12,458 bases of DNA, taken from NCBI GenBank assembly GCA_965233585.1, contig CBDDTI010000508.1, forward strand, positions 1 to 12,458, written 5' to 3'. Shown here piece by piece: positions 1 to 8,157 of the stretch (position 1 is the stretch's first letter; every line of letters begins with the position of its first letter). Made by a program: the position numbers and the translations under genes. The notes under the pieces were generated by a model. The model did no database searches and had not been told where the DNA came from. It worked only from the letters and a program-made list of their open reading frames with translations. Origin of the DNA: a bacterium (lineage in GTDB: Bacteria; SAR324; NAC60-12).

Positions 1-225
1 CCGCTTTACATAGCTGACCAAGTTGAGTTCCACTCCTCCTTTTACAAGAAGTGCACATTACTCCAATCTAAATTTCACATGTGAAGAAGATTAACAGCCT
101 TTCCATAACGCAAAAAAACAACTAGTTGGATCTGTTTGGATATAGCAGCGTTTAGGCCCAATACATGACAATAGGTTTATGTCTGCAGGTGCTGTTTAGA
201 TTTGTTTGCGTAAAAATCCAATTAA

Positions 226-834
226 GGAGGCTCGAAAGGGTTTTTCACTGCACGCGCGCGCGCAATCTACACTAAGATGTGTGCATCAGCTGAATGAATC
301 AAAATAAGCTCAGCGGAAGTTAAATGCTGCGTAAAATTGCACAAACCGGAAATAAAATCTGCGGAAAACATTTCTATTTATTTCGAATTTAGCTCGGTGA
401 CTGGTATCTTGATTTTTTGCATGCATGTACCATTCCCGATGGCACTTCAAAAATAAACGTTTGGGGGGAAAAATAATCTAGCAGAATTTTCTGTAAGCCA
501 TGAAACGTGTTTTCTTTAAATCCATTTATTCTACTAGATAACTTTTTTCCTTACTGTCTGAAAAGTTAAATAATTTAGGGAACTTTCCAACAAATAAATA
601 AAAATGGTAGGTCACCAAATTAGTTTTTTTAGATAAACTGAAATTTAGAGGACACTTTTGTGGCCCTTGTGCATTGCCACGGTAACTGATATGACGTCAC
701 AAGTACCCTTAAAATAAAGCCAATCAACAGAGTTGCAAGGAGACATATAGTTTGCCCACACTATTAAATATCTTTCTTTGTAATCTTCCATTGTTTCACA
801 AACACTACAGGAACGAAAACCCTTTCGAGCCTCC
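226..834. mobile_element. Non-autonomous TIR DNA transposon (MITE), Kolobok-like
   Basis: Perfect 19-bp TIRs GGAGGCTCGAAAGGGTTTT (226-244) / AAAACCCTTTCGAGCCTCC (816-834). TTAA on both sides (222-225, 835-838). No ORF. TTAA TSD with 5'-RR termini fits Kolobok rather than piggyBac (5'-CC). Confidence 0.85.
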
Positions 835-2037
835 TTAATTGTCTGTTGTCAATGAATATGAGCGCCCTCCGATGCATGTTTTGCACAGCTAGTAAAACAT
901 GACAAATTGGAGGTGAAAACGTACATCGAACTCATATAATATCTCTAGTTTTTGAGTATGGTTAAGGTTGATCAATATTTGAAAACATCTTAAAAGCTTA
1001 GCTAAAAATATGTGAATACAGCAGAACTAATCAGAAAAGTCACGATGACGCTTTTAATCAACTCAAATTAAACGATTTCGATTTGTCGACTGAGTCAAAA
1101 CTCCTTGTCTATTTTATTTTCGCAGTGTAAAGTTTCAATATGTGACAGAAACACACATGATGTTAGTAGCCCTTTGGCGAACGTTGGTGAAAATTGTTGT
1201 AGCATCCCAGCACAAAATCTTTGTCACAATTTGTTGACAATCTGAAAAAACATAGAGTCTGACTTGAAAGTGCATGTGCTGCACTATGCAAATGAGCTAC
1301 TTGTACGTGTCAGACTTCAAAAACTTTTGCAAACTAGCCAAACAAGCAGAAACAACAAGAAACTATCAAAAACAGGTTTTGGTTATGATAAACCATTGTT
1401 TGGCAAACTCACAAATTAACTTGATCCCGGAGTAAACAGTTTTCTTACAGAACTTTTCTCTACAGCCGAGAAGTCACAGAACAAACACAAAAGTTTACGA
1501 GTGAAACTAGCCGGCGAGCGGATTTTATTCATTCACAGCGCGAAATTAAAGAAATTCTCGACCCTGAAAAACACACCTTTTCCATTAAATCAGAGAATAA
1601 AAGTACATAGAAGGGCCCTAGTTCTTCTCTGCCTTATTCCCTGCCTTCGCTGTGAAAAATCGGCAGAGAATCTCGCAACTCTCACCATTTCATCACGCAA
1701 CGTGACATCCACGCGAGAGCCCAAGACACGTGCATGGATCAGCACGGATATATGACGTCAGGATGGCGCAATTTGTTCCAAAAATAGAAAAACTGTTCCA
1801 TGTCATGTGTCCGCGAGGATCCCAAAACTTACGGTCTCCGTCCCTGATTATGGCTCCTGGTACTATTTAACGTATTACTTAGCATGTAATATACAATGTA
1901 TACAAATAATTTGTGTTCTGAAACATGTGCAAAATTGTTTATAAAGATGACTGCGTAATCGAAGTTCTTGCTCGCTCATCCAAAAGTGGCGCATATGGTC
2001 AAAATACCCTTCATAGCTTTTCATCTAGCACGCTTAA

Positions 2038-2478
2038 GGTCATTCCACTGAAATAGAACCTACACTGAGATTTTTCTCAAACTTTGCCAATTGATTGTTT
2101 ATATTGTAGGAACTTGAATTTTGAAATAAAAATGAGGGGTTCCCATGTTCGTTTAGGAGCAACAGCACCTTGTTTATTCCATATAAATCCTTATAATATA
2201 GTAACAATTGCTTGCTAAATTCACGTTTTTGACGATTTGTTTTTTGCTCAACACTGAGAATTGGTCCATATTTATTTTACTTAGAGAAATTTACTACTCA
2301 ATTCAAAACAACAGAAAAAAATGATAGGTCGCCATACTCGTTTTCGAGAAAATGGCGATTTACCTCCATGGCGAGGTCCAGCCACAAAGAAAAAGCTGCC
2401 ATTTTCGAATGTGCGCGCGCTAATCATGCGTAAAATTATGCGCAGTAGGGATGTGCAATGCAATACTGGGGAATGACC
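2038..2478. mobile_element. Non-autonomous TIR DNA transposon, Kolobok-like
   Basis: Perfect 9-bp TIR GGTCATTCC (2038-2046) / GGAATGACC (2470-2478), extending imperfectly. TTAA at 2034-2037 and 2479-2482. Confidence 0.75.
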
Positions 2479-2482
2479 TTAA

Positions 2483-3251
2483 GGTGGCTTACTACAGTTT
2501 TGATGAAGCATTAGAGCACAACTTTCAACTCTTTTGAAATAGGTTCCAAGCTGTTTTCCCTTCACTATTTACTGTTTGCTTAAGTCCTTTACCATTCTAT
2601 GTGAAATTTGAACAATTAAACGTTAACAAAGGGCCAAAATGAGCAACTGAGTACCCAATGAGAGACTGGGCACTAGTAGTTTGAGTCATGTTTTTCTTAA
2701 AATCTATCTGTACGAGCTCACCTCAAAATAATTGGGTCTGATTTAACATTTATGCAAAGTAAAATAAAAATCTGTAACACAGATTTTTTGCAAATTAAGA
2801 GAATATGAAATGAAAAATTGATCAAAATCTGTCTTCCAGATTTTTTAAAAATTTTGGCTCCAAACGTGATTGACCCCAACAAATCAACTATGAAAATTTA
2901 ATCATAGGTTGTATGGTAGTTTTTCGAGGAATCCTCGATCAAAGACAGGTTTTTACAACCTTGGACGAGAATTGAATTGCACATGCTTATGTGATGCCAT
3001 GTATCACGTGCGAGAAAGTAAGAGTAAATTAGAGCTCTTTTACTGGATGTTTATCAAACTTGTTTGAATGGAGTTTGAAACTATCGCTACATATACCAAA
3101 GAGATTTGATGCCTTAATTTGAAGTGCTGAAGTGGTTTTTGATAATCCTTGAGGTTACTTCCATCATTTTTGCACACGTGACAAATACTGACGTGTGGCA
3201 GGCTATTGCAGCGCACACTACTAAGTCTTGGAAAAACTGTAGTAAGCCACC
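2483..3251. mobile_element. Non-autonomous TIR DNA transposon, Kolobok-like
   Basis: Perfect 19-bp TIRs GGTGGCTTACTACAGTTTT (2483-2501) / AAAACTGTAGTAAGCCACC (3233-3251). TTAA at 2479-2482 and 3252-3255. Confidence 0.85.
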
Positions 3252-3932
3252 TTAATTTTCACAGGCCAAGCTAGCCATTTAGATATATGCCCATAGCATA
3301 GCTCTTGCTTTAAAACCTTTTGTTTGTTGAGAGATTTGCATTCTAGAAGAGTTATGACCCTCTAAAATCTGTTAAAATTTTACTTGTAAATTAAATTGCG
3401 ACAGTTGTGTTTTTCAAAATGCCAAGAAGCAGACAAAACATGTTTACTTCAAGATGACTTTTAGCTCAGAAGAATGACCAAACGGGAAAAATACAAACCA
3501 TGTGAATATGAAATCCAGGCAAGTTCCCTTCCTTCAGTACTGTGTTGAAAATGTACAATTTTGGATAAATTCCATCAGCCATCTTGGTTGATTGAGCCGT
3601 ATTTTGAACTTTCCTAGATTTCACAAAAATGTGAACTCACTGGAACTTTGAAAGTATATTTCTGAAAAAAGTTCACCAAAAGGGTCTTTTTGACGCAATA
3701 AAAGAAAATCCGAATTTTCCGTCCTGTCGTGGAATTCTCCATATTTATAGAGTGTGTGCACTGTCATGCAATAGAAAATAAAATCAAAAAGTATGCAACG
3801 GATAAAGTCGAAAAATTGTGATATTGTAGATGATAAATAAAGAAGACAGTTCTCCAAGTTTTAAGGTGTGCGCGTTGTCCTAAAGTGGAGATATTTGTCA
3901 AAATGTTCTGCACACAATTACATACATACATA

Positions 3933-4903
3933 CCGTAAAGACTCGTGTATAAGCCGCACCTTTTTGCTCAAGTTTTGGGCCAAAAATCGAGGGTGCGGCT
4001 TATACATGAGACCATTGCTTTCAGATAGAGTAAACTGGCTCGTTGTTGTCACAAACTGAACTGAAAACCTTCGGTAAATAAAGATTTAACATAATGAAAA
4101 CTGTTGTTTACGCTGATCATGCTTTCAGTGGCTCCTAAAGGAGCCGTTTCTTAGAATCTTCAGGACAGTTCTAAACCCAAATCTTGCTCCCCAGTAGTTC
4201 TTTCAAGAGTATTATTTGTACTTTCGTTTGAGCAGTTAAACTCTAACTGGCATGGAATCTCCAATCCTCCACACTGTCTGTCACCAATCACTTGAAAACC
4301 GACTTCTCCACTCGATGCTAGAAAATACTACGCTATTTGGGAGAACTTGCGAGACAAATGGCCGACCGTTTCATCGCCCTTTACTACTTTCACAGGGTGT
4401 TTGTCCCTGGGGTTGTTAAACTCTCGTTTAGCAACAAGTTTTTCTCCGATAGATGGCTTCCACAGGTCTTGATAAACACGATATCCACGCACAGCTGATG
4501 CGAAAGCGAACATTTCCATGTTCTCGTGTCCAGACTTCCCTCGTTAAAAGACTGCGTGGTTACCAAGCAAAACGTTTTGGATCGTTCTCCTGCGCTTATT
4601 TTCGTTCAAATTCTGTCATATTCTTCAAACTGTGGGGTTTATCAATGAAGATGACTATTGTCATTCACAGCGAATGGGGCAATTGATTAAAGAGAAGCTT
4701 TTAAAAGTTGATTAACTTATGAATGTTGCTGCAAATACACAGATTTCGCCAAGTTTATCGTTAACATCAGCCATCTGCAAACAAACGATCAACTTTTTTT
4801 TACACAAGTGCCTTTTGGAGTTCTTTTTTTTTTCCCAAAATCATTCTTGAATGTTGGGGGTGCGGCTTATACACGAGTGCGGCTTATACACGAGTCTTTA
4901 CGG
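3933..4903. mobile_element. Non-autonomous Tc1/mariner superfamily (pogo/Tc2-like) TIR element
   Basis: Perfect 27-bp TIRs CCGTAAAGACTCGTGTATAAGCCGCAC (3933-3959 / 4877-4903). TA at 3931-3932 and 4904-4905. Extra subterminal copies of GTGCGGCTTATACAYGA at 3993-4009 and 4860-4876. No transposase ORF. Confidence 0.9.
4171..4519 (-). pseudogene. HIRAN-domain-like protein, disrupted; cargo of the TIR element
   Basis: Translation MEMFAFASAVRGYRVYQDLWKPSIGEKLVAKREFNNPRDKHPVKVVKGDETVGHLSRKFSQIA*YFLASSGEVGFQVIGDRQCGGLEIPCQLEF shows HIRAN-type motifs (VRGY, RE.NN..D...V.V, VGHL). In-frame TAG at 4328-4330 (probably from TGG). A probable +1 frameshift near 4225 precedes KVQIILLKELLGSKIWV* (stop 4171-4173). 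Domain recognised by eye. Confidence 0.7.
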
Positions 4904-4922
4904 TACTTTATTTATTCTAGAA

Positions 4923-5240
4923 GCAAATTATATATACAAATAAATAAATAAAAGAAAAAAAAAACTAAGATAATAATAACAATAATAAGAAGAATAATAA
5001 TGGAATTTGCAGTGGCATTTCCACGAGGTGGCTCTTCATCCACTGTTTCCTGATCAAATTAGAATTTAGAAGTGTTGATTTTTGTGGAGGGAGGAAGACC
5101 GGAGAACCCGGAGAAAAACCCTCGGAGCAGGGACGAGAACCAACAACAAACTCAACCCACATGTGACGCCGGGTCCGGGAATCGAATCCGGGCCACAGCG
5201 GTGGGAGGCGAGTGCTCTCACCACTGCACCATCCCTGCTC
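4923..5240 (-). mobile_element. tRNA-derived SINE (SINE2) with V-SINE-like central domain
   Basis: Minus strand has Pol III A box TGGTGCAGTGG (5231-5221), B box GGATTCGATTCC (5189-5178), core GGGTTTTTCTCCGGGTTCTCCGGTCTTCCTCCC, and a (TTA)n/T-rich tail (about 5001-4923). Flanked by TTCTAGAA at 4915-4922 and 5241-5248. Confidence 0.85.
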
Positions 5241-5342
5241 TTCTAGAAAAGGAAGTTGGGAGGTTAGCCCTATGCAAAAACTCCCTAAAATAAATAGAAA
5301 AAAGGTAAATATATATATGTCAAAAATTTTACAATCAAATAA

Positions 5343-5614
5343 TTATTTAAAATAATACAATTTAAGCTTAGATTTAAAAAGCTGAAAACTATCAGCTTCC
5401 ACTATATCGCCCGGTAGTTCATTCCATAGCTTGACAATTCTAATGAAAAAAGAATGTTTATAACAATTAAGTCTTGCTGGTTTAACATAAAGTCTGAATT
5501 CATGATTTGCTCTCGTAGACCGAGTTGTGGCAAAATCAAAGAAGTCTTCAAATTTCAAATGATAAAAACCAAAGACTATCTTGTAACATTCAACTAAAGA
5601 TAACTAAACTCTAC
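5343..5614 (-). pseudogene. CR1-group LINE ORF2, C-terminal piece (downstream of the BEL insertion)
   Basis: Reads RV*LSLVECYKIVFG...TRANH...YKHSFFIRIVKLWNELP..IVEADSFQLFKSKL, with the typical SFF.R...WN.LP motif. In frame with 11124-11393 once the LTR element and one TSD copy are removed. Premature TAG at 5604-5606. Confidence 0.85.
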
Positions 5615-5794
5615 TGTAACCGCTGCAACCCAGACGCAGCTGGTAAGAATCAATCATCAAGTTTCGTTCCGTGATCGCAATACCACGTGATTGAATTATC
5701 TTTCGATATTAAGAGACTCTATAGCTCTGTAGGATCAGATCAGTACCGGGCGTGGAGAGGATAGGAGTTAAGAATCGAGAGAATCAAGAATCAC

Positions 5795-5813
5795 TATAAG
5801 GACCTATAAGAAG
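5795..5813 (+). promoter_or_regulatory. Candidate LTR TATA elements
   Basis: TATAAG at 5795-5800 and 5805-5810, upstream of the predicted splice donor. Motif evidence only. Confidence 0.35.
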
Positions 5814-5854
5814 CATAAGAGATATACGAATAGGACTTTTACCCGGAAACGTTG

Positions 5855-6016
5855 GTGAGTTTGTTTGATTAGTCCTTATATTAGATTATTCGATTGTTTG
5901 TTAGATTGCTCACGTTGTTATGTTAACGCCTAGTTGTGTTATTTGTACTCGCGTGTACAAACTGATTCCTCGCTATTCTGTTAGTAATTTTAGCTTTGTA
6001 AATATTGTAATTTCAG
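5855..6016 (+). other. Predicted 162-nt spliceosomal intron inside the LTR (second copy 10809-10970)
   Basis: Donor TTG|GTGAGT at 5855, an abrupt switch from A/G-rich to T-rich sequence, and acceptor TTTCAG| ending at 6016. An alternative acceptor TTTTAG ends at 5993. Confidence 0.6.
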
Positions 6017-6043
6017 TCTACCACATCGTTATGTAATCGAGGG

Positions 6044-6049
6044 AATAAA
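6044..6049 (+). terminator. LTR polyadenylation signal AATAAA (functional copy expected at 10998-11003)
   Basis: Only AATAAA seen in the LTR. Followed by GT-rich sequence (GGTGTATAGTGGTGTG). Confidence 0.55.
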
Positions 6050-6169
6050 TCCAAATAGTGGCAAAGACTGGGTCATTTTCCTCGGTGTATAGTGGTGTGC
6101 GTTGCAACGACAACCTTTCAAAGTCCTAAGATTTCCCCCGTGGCTCAGTTCGAGTCTGGCCCACCTACA

Positions 6170-6180
6170 GTCGACAACGT
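6170..6180 (+). promoter_or_regulatory. Non-canonical primer-binding site (no TGG; candidate self-priming site)
   Basis: GTCGACAACGT directly follows the 5' LTR and is 10/11 complementary to the predicted spliced LTR junction ACGTTG|TCTAC. Confidence 0.5.
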
Positions 6181-6249
6181 GGGAACTCCCGCACGAAAGC
6201 GAAAACTTAAGAAAGGAAAGAAATTTGAACACAAAAACAAAGGAAAACA

Positions 6250-8157
6250 ATGGCATCGGAAGCCACAAACGGATTAGGTCCGTCGATAGATCCTAACGAA
6301 CTCCGTGAAACAGCGAAAAATCAACAAGAGTCCTCTCCTCGCGAAGAACAAGACACGAAGGAATTTGATCTCAAAGATAAACGTCATCGCACGCGATCCG
6401 AAAAGGGTCTTCAAATGGACCTAGACAATGCAAGAACGAAACGAGATAGAGCTGGAAATGCTCTTAAGAAACAAATTGAATTTGTAGACGACTTGTTGAG
6501 ACAATCAAAGGATATTATCGCCCTTGCAGCTGGCCTTGAAAGTCTACAAATGAAAATGGATTCCCTTAAGTCCTTACACGAAACAATAGTTAATGTAACG
6601 CTAGAACTGCACGAAGATGACACTGGAGACTTTGATTACTTTTCATCACTGTCTGATTTATTTGCCGATTGCGTCGCCGATGTTAAAGCGCGAATTAAAA
6701 TGTTAGAAGAAAGAGCGGAATTATTATCTCAGCGATCTCGTTCCTCGATCCGAACAAGCACTTCAAAAAATTCACAGCACACTTCGTCTTCAATGCGTGC
6801 AGCTGCGGAGGCCGCTGCGTTGCAGGTAAAAATGAACAGTCTGAAAAGACAACAAGAACTAGACCGGAAACAAGAACTCTTGAAGCATCAACAGAGAGAA
6901 CTTGAAAGGTTAGAAGAGCAAGAGCGCCTTCAAGGAGAGCTAGAGGCGGCCAAAGCCAGACGAGACATACTCGAAAAACTCGTAGAGAAGACATCACCCA
7001 AAGCAATAGAAGATCTGGAAAACAATGTTTCTGAAACAAACCCTCAAAGGCAAGAGAACCAAAACTCTGAGAGCAATGAGGAGCTTAACGTAGACAACAT
7101 TGTTTCAGTTCCAGCAGCACAACTGAACCCGCGCGCTCCAGTCTTTTCTCCAGCGTCGATTGAGACGCAACTCTCTTCTCAGTTACAAAAACTGCAGCAA
7201 GAAAACACCGAAATTCAGTGACAGCAGCTTCAGCTCCTTAAGAAAATGACTACCCATTCCAAAACCGCCCGTCTTCAGTGGAAACATTCTCGAATACCCA
7301 AAGTGGTCCAGTGCCTTTGACGCCCTAATTGAGGAAGATGCAGTGAAGCCTAGTCACAAACTTTACTATCTTGGCAAATACACGACAGGCAGACGATGAT
7401 TAACGGATTACTTGGACTTCAGACGGAGGATGCCTACTCGAGGGCAAGAAATATTCTCAAGGACCGCTTTGGCGACCCTTTCAAAGTGTACGAAGCCTAC
7501 CGCCAGAAACTGTGGGCGTGGCCTGTTTGTTCCACCGCTACTGAACTCCAGGAATTCAGCGATTTCCTCGTAATGACAGAAGAAACGATGAAAACAGTCA
7601 AATATCTGAAGGAGTTTGATAACTTCTCTGCAATTAGACAGTTAGCTGCGCACCTGCCAACGTACTACACAAATAAATGGAGAGACGCCGCCAAGAAGGT
7701 GGAAAGCAAGTCAGGCGAATACACCTTCCATAACTTTGTCAGTTATGTTCAAGAAGCGGCGTCAGACGCGACGCATCCAGTCTTCTCCCACGAAGCATTA
7801 GCTGCCACCAGAAAGGAAATCAATTACGGAGGCAACAAAGATAATAAATGACCCATATCCGAAAGGAAAAGAGACAGCAACATAAGAGTTGGATCAACCT
7901 TTGCCACCAACACAGGAAACGAAGAACGCGTAGAAAACAAACCATCTCCAAACAAGGTCAAATGTTTCCTTTGTCACAAGCCACACGAGTTGGAACACTG
8001 CGAAGAGTTCCTGAAGAAATCAGTTACCGAAAGGAAAGAATGTGCGAGAGCTAAAGGACTATGCTTCGCCTGTTTGGCCAGAGGTCACATGATGCGACAA
8101 TGCGAACAGAAAAAGAAATGTCGGATTTGTAAGAAACCGCATGTGACAGCCCTGCAC
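6250..8157 (+). pseudogene. gag: BEL/Pao Gag region (coiled-coil N-terminus, DUF1759-like segment, three Cys-His knuckles), disrupted
   Basis: ATG at 6250. Segment LPIPKPPVFSGNILEYPKW...KLYYLGKYTTG...LKDRFGDP. Knuckles CFLCHKPHELEHC, CFACLARGHMMRQC and CRICKKPHVTALH (7963-8157). Stops at 7219-7221 and 7849-7851; frameshifts near 7249 and 7394. Confidence 0.9.

Larger units (their letters stand above)
5615..6169 (+). repeat. 5' LTR
   Basis: Direct repeat of 10569-11123. Differences seen at 5622, 5623, 5647, 5892, 6119, 6120 and 6162; no indels. Confidence 0.96.

Noticed and set aside
1200..1860. Possible further DNA transposon or promoter (octamer ATGCAAAT near 1286, TGACGTCA near 1753, degenerate AAAC repeats, 84-aa ORF)
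   Set aside because: No convincing TIR pair or TSD was found, short motifs are expected by chance, and the ORF has no recognisable domain.
2281..4686. Short ORFs 2281-2463, 3621-3857, 3868-4059 and 4453-4686
   Set aside because: No recognisable motifs, and most lie in or across non-autonomous elements.
4860..4903. CRISPR-like or prokaryotic repeat
   Set aside because: Only two adjacent copies with no spacers. They are part of a transposon end in eukaryotic DNA.
4965..5293. ORFs 4965-5162 (-) and 5072-5293 (+)
   Set aside because: Chance frames across the SINE body.
5909..5919. Unspliced alternative partner CTCACGTTGTT for 6173-6183
   Set aside because: It needs two G-U pairs and stops 3 nt short of the LTR boundary, so it fits less well than the spliced junction. 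Not strictly excluded.
5610..6021. The TSD TCTAC is identical to the 3' half of the proposed self-primer (6017-6021)
   Set aside because: TCTAC belongs to the host LINE frame (minus-strand CGT AGA, Arg-Arg) and is in the wrong orientation at the U5 end to be a primer remnant. Treated as coincidence.
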